A stretch of 64,000 bases of DNA from positions 186,001 to 250,000 of the forward strand of contig NIVC01001008.1 in NCBI GenBank assembly GCA_002269645.1, in the 5' to 3' direction. The stretch comes from Macrostomum lignano. Taxonomy: Eukaryota. Below the pieces are notes generated by a model. It made no database searches, was not told the origin of the DNA, and was given only the letters and a program-made list of their open reading frames with translations. Positions 34,895 through 46,398 of the stretch are shown one piece after another. A program made the position numbers and the translations under genes. Every line of letters starts with the position of its first letter. The stretch's first letter is position 1.

Positions 34895-37800
34895 ACGCAC
34901 CTCATCCCATAGACGATCCTGCCATCTCCGTACAGGCGCACCATCTTGTTCTGCTCAGTGACATCGTGCAGGTAGGAGTGCTTGTCGTTGGCTAAGAACG
35001 TGTCCGGCACCCAGATACGGCTGGCGAAGTGGCCAGTGAGGGTCATGGACCTGTTCGGACTGGCCAAGTCGAATGCTAGCCGATGATCAGTCCAGTACTG
35101 GTTGAGGTACATCGTTATGGTGTAGTCCTGAAGGTCCGGGATAGTGCAGAGAGCTGCAGTGCGACTCAGTTCAACAGAATCAACAGAGACCTAAACTAGA
35201 CAAAAACTAGAAATATTGATGACAGAGGAAAATTTTGCTGGCCTGAAAGGTTCTCCATCCCTTCGGAGAAAAGTTTCTGTTCTTCGACTCGCAATGGACC
35301 ATGGCAGGGTCCGAGGACCCTATCTCAAGGGACAAAAATTCGATATCAGCAGATTTATTTTTGGTCGGCTAAATTTTTAGTTGGCCGTGGCGGAGCAGCT
35401 GAGCAGTACTCTGAGCGTCTGACTGTCGCGCCACAGATCCCAGACACAGGGAGTGTACATGCCCACAGGCCCTTCCTGCAGCTGTTAGTTTTTGTTTATC
35501 CAATTTCAATAGCTAATATGCAAAATTGTCTTCACCAAACTATCTTGAACAGAAAATTAACTAGCACCAAGTATAGCCATATACAGATCTGTGATTTGCT
35601 TACAGAGTTTACTAAGTTACCATGCTGGCTTCAATGTCGAGAGAGCAGAGAGACTGCTGTAGGGCGAGAGTGGGGGGAGCAAAGAGAAATCAAGGGCTTA
35701 ATCCCTCTTCTTAGCAACTGCAAAACTGCTCTGGATAAGAGAGAGAGGAGGTAAAGCGAGAACTAGGCGGGTAGGAGGGGAGAGGCGGATTGGCAGCTTG
35801 CGGGTTTTTTGTCCGTCTGGGCGGCCCTATCGGCAGCTTTAGTTAGCGGGGAAATTCAAGACCAAAGGATTGGTGAGCGAAGAATCGACTGCATGCTTAA
35901 GATCGGACACTGCAAAAGTCAAAAAGTTCTTTTCACGCTCCCAGTTGCTCATTTTAATCCTTAGACAGCTGAAAGGGGAGTGCGATCAACTGAAGGATGC
36001 GACATAGTTCATATTCAGGACCTGAAGGGAATTTTACTGAAATACCTGAAGAGGATTCAACTGAAGGATATGAAGGAGTTTGACAGAAGCACCTGAATGA
36101 TTTCATTTAAAACCTGGAAGGGGATTCATCTGAAGAACCTGAAGGGGGATTCATTTGAAGGATATGAAGGTGATTCATCTGAAGGGCCTGAAGGGGATTC
36201 ATCTGAAGGGTCTGAAGGGGATTCAACTAAAGGATCTGAAGGGTATCCATCTGAAGTATCTGAAGGGGATTCATCTGAAGGATCTGGGGGAATTTATCTG
36301 AAGGATCTGAAGGGGATTCATCTGAAGGGTCTGAAGGGGATTCAACTAAAGGATCTGAAGGGTATCCATCTAAAGTATCTGGAGGGGATTCATCTGAAGG
36401 ATCTGAGGGAATTTATCTGAAGGATCTGAGTGGATTCTACTGAAGGATCTAAGGGGATACAACTAAAGGATCTGAGGGGATTCATCTGAAGTATCTGGAG
36501 GGGATTCATCTGAAGTATCTGGAGGGGATTCATCTGATGCTAGATTTAGGTTGCAGAAGATGCCCCATCATGTATACAAGAGGTATGCTCACCATATTAA
36601 CTTCGGAAATGCTGTCAAAGCTGGCGATCGCCACCTCCATGCGGATGTCGAGCACGCCAGCTGATTGGTCAATGTTGAAAGAAAAAATGTAGCTTTGCGG
36701 CTAGTTGCAGAACACATTTTTATGAAACTTCGCTTCATTAATTGTCACTTTTAAAAAGAAAATGTGATACATTTTGGTTTAGCCTGAGTTAATTTATTTA
36801 ACCGGTACGTATCTCTTAGCCCTCGGGCAAATACATGTATATAGTGCTATGGTGCTCGAGAATCATTTCAACGTAAAAATTAAACCAATTTTATCCATTA
36901 GGTTTCGGCGGAGGGTGTTTACTAAAAAATATAAGAGAGTCTTTTGTCTACTACTGAATAACATTTGTTGATTAATATTATCTAAGAATTATTTTAGGAC
37001 ACTTGAGTAAAGTCGCTCTCACTAATCCTGAACTGTGGACTTTTTCACCCTTTAGCGGGGCCTAAGGGTTGCTTACTTGCCAGCATAAGGTGAATTAGGA
37101 GATGCCTACTGGCCAGCATAGAGTCAATGGGACTGCTCAGCATGGCCAGCATAGCGTCAATGGGGCTGCTCAGCATGGCCAGCATAGAGTCAATGGGGAC
37201 TGCTCACCATGGCCAGCATAGCGTCAATGGGACTGCTCAGCAAGGCCAGCATAGAGTCTATGGGGACTGCTCAGCATGGCCAGCATAGAGTCAATGGGGC
37301 TGCTCAGCATGGCCAGCATAGCGTCAATGGGGCTGCTCAGCATGGCCAGCATAGAGTCAATGGGGCTGCTCAGCATGGCCAGCATAGCGTCAATGGGACT
37401 GCTCAGCAAGGCCAGCATAGAGTCTATGGGGACTGCTCAGCATGGCTAGCATAGAGTCAATGGGGCTGCTCAGCATGGCTAGCATAGAGTCAATGGGGAC
37501 TGCTCAGCATGGCCAGCATAGCGTCAATGGGACTGCTCAGCATGGCCAGCATAGCGTCAATGGGACTGCTCAGCAAGGCCAGCATAGAGTCAATGGGGCT
37601 GCTCAGCATGGCCAGCATAGAGTCAATGGGGACTGCTCACCATGGCCAGCATAGCGTCAATGGGACTGCTCAGCATGGCCAGCATAGAGTCAATGGGGAC
37701 TGCTCAGCATGGCTAGCATAGAGTCAATGGGGCTGCTCAGCATGGCTAGCATAGAGTCAATGGGGACTGCTCAGCATGGCCAGCATAGCGTCAATGGGAC

Positions 37801-40316
37801 TGCTCAGCATGGCCAGCATAGCGTCAATGGGACTGCTCAGCAAGGCCAGCATAGAGTCAATGGGGCTGCTCAGCATGGCCAGCATAGAGTCAATGGGGAC
37901 TGCTCACCATGGCCAGCATAGCGTCAATGGGACTGCTCAGCATGGCCAGCATAGAGTCAATGGGGCTGCTCAGCATGGCCAGCATAGAGTCAATGGGGCT
38001 GCTCAGCATGGCCAGCATAGAGTCAATGGGGACTGCTCAGCAAGGCCAGCATAGAGTCAATGGGGCTGCTCAGCATGGCTAGCATAGAGTCAATGGGGAC
38101 TGCTCACCATGGCCAGCATAGCGTCAATGGGACTGCTCAGCATGGCCAGCATAGCGTCAATGGGGCTGCTCAGCATGGCCAGCATAGAGTCAATGGGGAC
38201 TGCTCAGCATGGCCAGCATAGAGTCAATGGGGGCTGCTCACCATGGCCAGCATAGCGTCAATGGGGCTGCTCAGCATGGCCAGCATAGAGTCAATGGGGC
38301 TGCTCAGCATGGCAGGGCGAATGAATTGGGAAGCAAAAAGTGCAGCAATCAAATCGAGCAGGACTCGAACAAGAACAGCCGGGTTTCTCCAGTAAAGAAG
38401 AAATTTCCTTCTCGCGGTCGAGGACTCGAATCGGAGAATTCCTCACCCTGGCTAATTCCCTTCCCAATCTGACAGATTGGAATCTGGTCGTCATGCAGTT
38501 TTTTTTCTCTGGCCACAAGAAGATAAGTGTGGTAATAAAGAGACGCGTTTAGTGATATGAAATTATTGGTTTGGTCGATTTTTCCCACCGCAGTTTTATA
38601 TGACAATAGAATCTGGTCGGCAAGGATCGATTCTATTGGATTTGGTCATAATGAACTGAGGCGTATTCACGGTTTTGATGACACAAGACGCTTGAGACTT
38701 GAGAATTGCCCAACGAAGCTCGCAGTTTCTTTGCAAATAAAACCGATTCTTAATTGATTTGCACGCATCAATGCATCAGATGGAGTAGAGGGATATACAG
38801 CCAGATACAGTATGGGGTAGAGGGATATACAGCCAGATACAGTATGGGGTAGAGGGATATACAGCCAGATACAGTATGGGGTACAGGGTATATCAGTCGG
38901 ATAGAGTATGGGTTAGAGGATATACAGCCAGATACAGTATGAGGTAGAGGGTATATCAGTCAGATAGAGTATGGGTTAGAGGATATACAGCCAGATACAG
39001 TATGGGGTAGAGGGATATCCAGCCAGATACAGTATGGGGTAGAGGGTATATCAGTCAGATAGAGTATGGGTTAGAGGGATATACAGCCAGATACAGTATG
39101 GGTTAGAGGGATATAACAGCCAGATACAGTATGGGGTAGAGGGATATACAGCCAGATGGGTTAGAGACAGAGCCAGATACAGTATGGGGTAGAGGGATAT
39201 CCAGCCAGATACAGTATGGGTTAGAGGGATATAACAGCCAGATACAGTATGAGGTTGAGGGATATACAGCCAGATACAGTATGGGGTAGAGGGATATACA
39301 GCCAGATACAGTATGGGGTAGAGGGATATACAGCCAGATACAGTATGGGGTAGAGGGATATCCAGCCAGATACAGTATGGGTTAGAGGGATATAACAGCC
39401 AGATACAGTATGAGGTTGAGGGATATACAGCCAGATACAGTATGGGGTAGAGGGTATATCAGTCAGATAGAGTATGGGTTAGAGGGATATACAGCCAGAT
39501 ACAGTATGGGTTAGAGGGATATACAGCCAGATACAGTATGGGGTAGAGGGATATCCAGCCAGATACAGTATGGGTTAGAGGGATATAACAGCCAGATACA
39601 GTATGGGGTAGAGGGATATACAGCCAGATGGGTTAGAGACAGAGCCAGATACAGTATGGGGTAGAGGGATATACAGCCAGATGGGTTAGAGACAGAGCCA
39701 GATACAGTATGGGGTAGAGGGATATACAGCCAGATACAGTATGGGGTAGAGGGATATACAGCCAGATACAGTATGGGGTAGAGGGATATACAGCCAGATA
39801 CAGTATGGGGTAGAGGGATATACAGCCAGATACAGTATGGGGTTGAGGGATATCCAGCCAGATACAGTATGGGTTAGAGGGATATAACAGCCAGATACAG
39901 TATGGGGTAGAGGGATATACAGCCAGATGGGTTAGAGACAGAGCCAGATACAGTATGGGGTAGAGGGATATACAGCCAGATGGGTTAGAGACAGAGCCAG
40001 ATACAGTATGGGGTAGAGGGATATACAGCCAGATGGGTTAGAGACAGAGCCAGATACAGTATGGGGTAGAGGGATATACAGCCAGATACAGTATGGGGTA
40101 GAGGGATATACAGCCAGATACAGTATGGGGTAGAGGGTATATCAGTCAGCCAATCTCACTGCCAAAGTTGGGCCTCAGCCTGTTATCGTATCTGGCTACC
40201 AGGTTTTGAATAGCGTGCGACAACTGAGACGAGACGGCTGTAGAATTTCTAGCCAAAGCAGCCGGAAGCAGCGGAAACAGCAATGGCAGCACAAGAAGGC
40301 TTAACAGGTTCAGCAT
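31078..40316 (-). CDS. Lcch3: GABA-gated Cys-loop ion channel beta-like subunit (LCCH3 ortholog), ~597 aa, complement(join(31078..31818,32400..32626,33457..33609,34011..34148,34236..34318,34901..35127,36593..36660,40160..40316))
   Basis: Signal peptide plus [10 protein letters not shown]; [12 protein letters not shown]|[12 protein letters not shown]; IWVPDTF; Cys-loop [15 protein letters not shown]; M2 [40 protein letters not shown], as recalled for insect LCCH3; M4 [10 protein letters not shown]. Exon sizes 68/83/138/153 match the conserved GABRB pattern. All junctions are GT-AG with consistent phases. The acceptor of the last exon is the least certain. Confidence 0.93.
32664..33420. repeat. 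Composite minisatellite in an LCCH3 intron
   Basis: Mixed units built on GAGGGATTCCCCACTAGACAC(TGTCGCCTCCCGAT). Confidence 0.9.
33722..33973. repeat. 12-bp G-rich repeat in an LCCH3 intron
   Basis: GGCGGAGGGAAT units in two patches. Confidence 0.85.
34455..34520 (+). other. tRNA-like Pol III promoter fragment (possible SINE head)
   Basis: A-box-like AGCAGCTCAGTGATA (34465-34479) and a consensus B-box GGGTTCGAATCC (34498-34509). No complete cloverleaf seen. Confidence 0.35.
34757..34894. repeat. (GTCT)n microsatellite
   Basis: Imperfect run next to the donor at 34900. Confidence 0.95.
36000..36538. repeat. Degenerate 22-24-bp minisatellite
   Basis: GAAGGGGATTCATCTGAAGG(A/G)TCT-like units. 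Confidence 0.88.
37105..38312. repeat. 33/34-bp minisatellite with 267-bp higher-order repeat
   Basis: Unit CATGGCCAGCATAGAGTCAATGGGGCTGCTCAG; identical ORF translations at 37442 and 37709. Confidence 0.96.
38785..40150. repeat. 32-bp minisatellite with shorter variants
   Basis: Unit AGAGGGATATACAGCCAGATACAGTATGGGGT; runs up to the donor at 40159. Confidence 0.96.
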
Positions 40317-41448
40317 GACTGTCAATCAATTAGACTTTACTGATGATTCGTATTAGTCTGGCTACTAAGAAAAACGGTTGTGAAATTCCTTAATCCACCA
40401 CTAAATTGGATTTTCTTTAACAAGCTAAAACAGCCGTCAGCGAATTGTATGCGATTGGCCCGATGGGCTCTGCGAGGACAGTCCAGCCAATGACAGCAAA
40501 GCTCCAAGTCTCTATGAACTTCATGCAGAGCTTTATGAACACATCAATCAAAGCAACTCAAAAAACCACTTCTGTTGATCAACGGTGTTAATGTTACTTT
40601 GAAGGCTTAATCTTTTATAACAATTCTGATAGATCTCAGGCTAAAAATGTACCGAGTACTTCTTTGAGGCTATGAACTGCATATTAAGTAGTATCTGCGA
40701 GTAATCACGTTCGTACCTAGATATGTTAACAATACTTTTGCAGTCACATGTGATTTTCATTGCACAAACTTGTGTTGGAAAGCTGCATAAAACTTTGAAT
40801 CCAAGAGCAAGCAGTTGCAAATGCAGCTTTGGTATCATTTTAAATTGGCACCTTTCTAGTTTCTAATAAATTCGATCACTTTCTTGCACGTTTTGGTCAT
40901 TTAATTTAAAAGTTATGCTTAAGAAAACTCGCGCCAGCCAACTTCTTTATTTTTATTCGCAGCTAAAAAGCCATTTGACGGATGACGAGTTGATGTCAGC
41001 AGGGATCATTGGAGGACAAAGGTCCGGCGCAGTCTCTGTCATAGTCTTTCAAGACAGTGCCACTCTCATGCGATTGAAAGGATGCTCAAGGTGTACAAGC
41101 ATGTCGAGAAGACTCATTATGAATGATTCAAGACAACGGTTTGTTTCCACAAGGACAAACCATTGCTATTTATATTCATTTTTGTGTTTATGGTTGCTTC
41201 CGTTTTGCTGTGGGATTAAATGTTATCAGAACTTTCCAGACACCCGTCGTACTGTTAGTAATAAATGTCAGAAAAAATATTTGAAGAAAAAGACCAAAAA
41301 TTTTTTTTCGATCCATGTGAAGCTACAAAGAAGCTATCAGTTTCAATTGGTCTTTCGCAAACGTTACCAATCTCTCTATTTATGAAACCAAGTCTAGAAA
41401 TGAGACAGGGTTGCTAAAGATCCAAGTCAAGTTAAAAGTCAAATAAAG

Positions 41449-41637
41449 CTATTTTGCCGCCGCAACAGCACCAGACTTTCCGGACTTGTTGTGCTTCTTA
41501 GCGAATCGCATATTCCGAAGAAATTTTGGATCAACACCTTTCAGAGACGGGTAGCGCTGCTTCTTTGGCCGGTAGATACCATTGCGATGGTGCTTGCGGT
41601 TCTGATTGTGATTAGTGTGGTTCTTTGACTTGGCCAT
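41449..41637 (-). CDS. RPL29: 60S ribosomal protein L29 (eL29), 62 aa
   Basis: [21 protein letters not shown]...[22 protein letters not shown] is the eL29 signature. A 3' splice acceptor (CAG) lies one base before the ATG. Confidence 0.98.
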   Translation of the reverse strand: MAKSKNHTNHNQNRKHHRNGIYRPKKQRYPSLKGVDPKFLRNMRFAKKHNKSGKSGAVAAAK

Positions 41638-43968
41638 GCTGTTGCAAGTTTAGGCTGCAATTTATATTGGATATTTACTTGCAGTGAAAAAGCCAGTTGG
41701 CACAGTCCTATATACTAAAAATTGACTCTAAAAATCCTGGGATTCTAACAAAAAATAGGCATTCCAATCCTACCAAATCTTACAAAAATTGTTGCTATTC
41801 AACCATTAAGTGACTAGTTCATGTATATCAACAAATTCTCAATTAAGCAAGCAACAGTACTGATTAAGAAGTTGAAAATTGCAAAGCCAGGATGTATGAT
41901 TATTTTTATAAGATTTTTTGTGCACTGACAAAAAGTTGAATCAATGCAATGGTCACTACTATTTGAAAAATGAAAAGTTGGACAATGTGTAGGAATCAGT
42001 TCATTCTTGTACCTGTAAAAATAGCAAAACTAAAAAAAACATATGGCATATAGGTCCTGAAAGCAGACAATGTTTACACAAATATGTTGAGGTTATCAAA
42101 GGCATATCTATTCACTATACAAAAAACTAGTAAAATAAAGCAAAATAGAAAAAAATGAGAAATGAAGGCAGCACCACAAGTGCAGCAACAGCAAACCCTA
42201 GAAAGAATATTGACAGCTGATGTGGCTACCCCTGTTCAATTAGCTCGGCCAAAACTGTTGCTAAGCTGAAGCTCCTAGTGGAGCTGTACTCATAGCTATT
42301 GCTGCAACTGTGCAACTGCACAATGCAAGTCAATAACAAGATAGTCACCTGACACTGTCTAAATTCAAAATTGTAGAAGGTAGCTCTCAGATAAATCCTC
42401 ATGCTGAGGTTTTGCAATACTGAATGTTTGGGTGTAACTTTGTGCTTAACATGCTTGCCCTACTCAACCTTTTTGCCCCCTCTATGAAGTGAAAATCATT
42501 GCTCAAGTGATTAATTGTACTTATGTTTATTGCTCTTCATTTAAACTAGAAATCTGCTATGACTTTTCATTTTTGAAACTCTATTCCATTCTTTTTTGCT
42601 TCACACAATATCTTACAATTGCAATGGCAAATTTCAATGCTGCTAGCTAAAGTGCTTAACTTCTTAAAGCACAGATCAATAAATTTTTGTCACAATGACT
42701 ACCCCTACCTCAAGGTATACTACAACTAATTGATATCCAATATGGTGGCAATATGATAGAGTACCACTATTAGTTGGTTGGCTTATTTTGAACAAAAAAG
42801 AACATAGTAAGGTCAATTGGATCACTTGCAACCACCGTGAAATAGAAGTAGAAATTGCAAGGCTTGCTAGCATGCTGAACAAGAGCCTAGAGGCAAGATT
42901 AAAAAAAGCAGTGTTGAAATGCAACAACTCTGTTGCTAATGCCAGTGTTACAGATGTAAGTATTAATCTCTTCACTACTAGCTAGATGATTAAAAAGTCA
43001 AGATAAATAATTATACAAAGTTAAACAAGGTTAAAAGCCTTGTCTAGTAGGCCCAATGTTAATACCTGCATCTAAAGCTAAACAAGAAGCATAGAAATAT
43101 ATGGCCTCAGATGCTAATTGCTTATAATGAGCATTTAAGACAGGCTTTAAACATGAGACATTGTTGTCTCCTGAAATTTTTAAGCTAGTTGAAGATATAA
43201 ATATTAATATAGGTAATTTGTCCAAGTTTGATCATATCCTAATGACAACTGAGTTGGGGCAAAAAATCAAGACTTATTTTATAGAGCTATTTTGTTGATT
43301 AATAAGAAATGAAAATAATATTTTTGAAGAACATTTAATAAAGCAGCTTTAGGTTTAGCTAAATTGCCAAAAATGATGCAATAAACATATAACATACTTA
43401 TTTGTATAATTAATAAGTTGTATATAATAGTAGTTGTATAATTAGTTATAGTTATATAATTAATAAGTAGCTCTTTTTTATGTTAGAATGTTGTAAACAA
43501 AATTTCTATAAATCCCAAGTTTTTAAAATACTTTAACCAAGATAGATATCTGACAGCTTCTTTGTTTGAAACAATTTTTTTAGTTTTTAGACTATTGCTA
43601 TAAGTTTTTTTGTAAAATAAGTAAAGCAAAAATTATAATAAAACTTTTTTTTTACTTTTACCTTATCCCTTTCAATGATCTTTTCACTTCAAAATTGCAG
43701 ATATCATTAGTTAGACATTTTAGTAGAATACTTATTAGTGCAATGATATTTGGCAGAGAAAAGAGTAAATGGTAATAAGGTAATTTAATAACAATATCAA
43801 ATGAATAGTAAACAAGTGATTTTAAAAAGGAAAACTTTTTGTCTGCTCAATAGACAAATCAATTAATAGCCCATTTTTAGGGCATTTTATGTTGTTATTT
43901 ATGTTTATTTATGTTTTATTTATATTATCAAGGCATGATATATCATTAGACATTACATGCGCAACTGC

Positions 43969-44329
43969 GGGGGGCCGTAGCCCAGCGGTAGCGCAGCTGC
44001 TCTGGTGTGCCGCGACCCAGGCTCGATTCCAAGTGCAGCCACATTAATTTGGGGCTGAATTGGAATTTCGGCTTGGCTCGCTTGTGCAATTAGCGGCCTT
44101 GACAGCCAACCCCCCAAGGCGCAGTGAAGTGTACATGCCTAACGATAAATAAAGTTAGGGCCGCTGTACACTCCTGTGTGAGTGTGTGCCTGCGTACGTA
44201 TCCGCGCGCTTGTATGCCTGCTCAGGGGAGTCGGCGGAATGGGCAGTAATGCCTCTCGCCGGTTGTGTGCCTATGTTGCTTAATGTGCGCCAGGGTGCAC
44301 ACAACCCCCCTGCCTCTAATAAAATAATA
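43969..44329 (+). mobile_element. tRNA-derived SINE, intact copy with a 14-bp target-site duplication
   Basis: A-box TAGCCCAGCGG (43978-43988), B-box GGCTCGATTCC (44020-44030) and an A-rich tail AATAAAATAATA. Exact TSD ACATGCGCAACTGC at 43955-43968 and 44330-44343. Confidence 0.88.
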
Positions 44330-44847
44330 ACATGCGCAACTGCTGGCCAATCTGGCCAACGTAAATTGTGGTGGACTAGGGGTAAGTTGCAAAAATGCCC
44401 ACCCCAAAGAATACAGATCTAGTACCAATTAGATGATAAGGCATTTAGCCCTTATAAGACAGTCATAGTTACTCCTGCCATTTATTCAAAATTGCATCAA
44501 TGTTGCTCTAGGGTTTCTTTCACAGGTAAGTTGTATTTTTGGTCAAAAAGTAAGTCGCATGGCCAGTGTAAATCAGGGGGGTTGTGCATGTATGTCATTA
44601 GAAATCCAAATTTTTAGGACCTAAATTATTTTAAGTCATATATGCTATGTTATTAACTATTGAATATAAACTTTAATATAGGCCTAATTAGGTACTTAGA
44701 AAGATACCTTTTTATAACTTAAACAATATTAATAGATATAAAGCTAAATATAGCTAGGCCAGTAATTTAAATCAATAAAAAAAAAATTATAATATTGTAA
44801 ATCAATTGAATATTTTTGAAAAGAGCTTAGGGGGGGGGGGGCACTAA

Positions 44848-45223
44848 GGGAAGCTATAACCCAGCGGTAGCGCAACTGCTCTGATGTGCTAGTGACCCAG
44901 GCTTGATTCCAAGTGCAGTCATATTAATTTGGGGCTAAATTGGAATCTTGGCTTGGCTTTGCTTATGAAATTAATGGACTTGAGAGCCAACCCCCTAAGG
45001 CGCAATGAAGTGTATAGGCCTAATGATAATATAAAGTTAAGGCCACTGTACACTCCTGTGTGAGTGTGTGCCTGCATATGTATCCATGCACTTGTAGGCC
45101 TATGCCTGCTCAGGGGAGTTGGCAGAATGGGCAGTAATGCCTCTTGCCAGTTGTGTACCTATGTTGCTTAAAGTGCGCTAGGGTAGGCCCCTACACACAA
45201 CCCCTTGCCTCTAATAAAAAAAT
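44848..45223 (+). mobile_element. Second, decayed copy of the same SINE
   Basis: Colinear with 43969-44329 over its full length, with most CpGs converted to TG/CA/TA. No TSD recognised. Confidence 0.85.
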
Positions 45224-45566
45224 AGGGGACGCTAATAAAATATACTATTTAATGCTTAAGTAGTTACATTGATATTACCCTTATCTTAATCTGATGATAT
45301 ACTTTATACATTATTTGCAGAACAAATTTTTTCCTAAAAAATATCTAAAGAATATAGGCCTAGTGACCCTAGGCCTAGTCTAAATTTCAATGAATAGCCT
45401 AGGTTTCTAGAACAAATAGAAATTTATGCATAGCAGTCCAATGGGCTATGTAGCTGGGAAAGGGAAACAAAGCGATAATTAATTCAATATGACTAGCATG
45501 ACTTCAAATTTGAAAGAATACTATGATTGATCACTTATTGATCACGCAATGGGCAATGGCTATGGC

Positions 45567-45858
45567 TAGAGTTCCGGCACCAGAACATATTTCTAACGGT
45601 TATGGATCCGGCAGTGGTATTCCAGTAGTGCAATTTATGGGTATAATATAGCAGAAACATTTTACTTTTGGTTGGTTATTGGTTGCAACGGGTGGTTGAT
45701 ATTGGGATTTGTTCAAGATAAGATCAAAACGAAACGATGAGATTCAAAACAAGATACTTCTAATGTTCAAAGACTTCATTAGTAGATAACTGCCTGCAGA
45801 AGACTGCCGGACCCATAGCCATGTCCATTAGAAAACAGGTTCCGGTGCCGGAACTCTA
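45567..45858. mobile_element. ~290-bp MITE-like element
   Basis: Terminal inverted repeats TAGAGTTCCGGCACC (45567-45581) and GGTGCCGGAACTCTA (45844-45858), extendable to 20 bp with one mismatch. No TSD found. Confidence 0.55.
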
Positions 45859-46398
45859 CCCATTACCTACGCAATTAAATGACTCTGGAATTTAATTTTT
45901 ATTTGATTTCATGCGATTCAAAAGTTATTAGACAAGAACTTACTACTTAATTTCAAATTTTCAAAATCGTAATTGTTTTATATAGAAAAATTGTTAATAC
46001 TTATATTTTATATGCAACTATTTTGAACTCAATATTCATGTCCAGAAGGCGTATTATTATCTGTTATAACGTACTATTGGCTTTGGTTTCTATTTTAAAC
46101 GAACTAAAATTTCTATTTTTATGTAAAAAATTAAACATAAATTTGTTTTTTACTTCTGCTAATTACCTGCAACGTAGACGCATACATTAAATGATGTTTA
46201 AAAGTTTTTTTGAGTAGAACTAGTAATAACAATTGTGTTTTATCAAGTTTTTTCATGGTATGATAATGACAACAAAGCCAGCTACTTTTATCAACAGCTA
46301 ACACTGACAGAATTCATAAAATACCTATTGGACCTAATCCTTTTTAATTAATAGAAGTTTATTTTGTGCACCCTTAATTTAAAGGCAGGCTGGCAGCC

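Noticed and set aside
35380-35470. GGCCGTGGCGGAGCAG... as a tRNA/SINE head
   Set aside because: No B-box and no cloverleaf.
40915-41385. 156-aa ORF between LCCH3 and RPL29
   Set aside because: No recognisable domain, non-ATG-like context and AT-rich codon use; it overlaps the likely RPL29 3' region on the opposite strand.
42676-43225. Short ORFs in the CpG desert as remnants of a protein-coding element
   Set aside because: I could not assign any motif; this needs a CpG-restored translated search.
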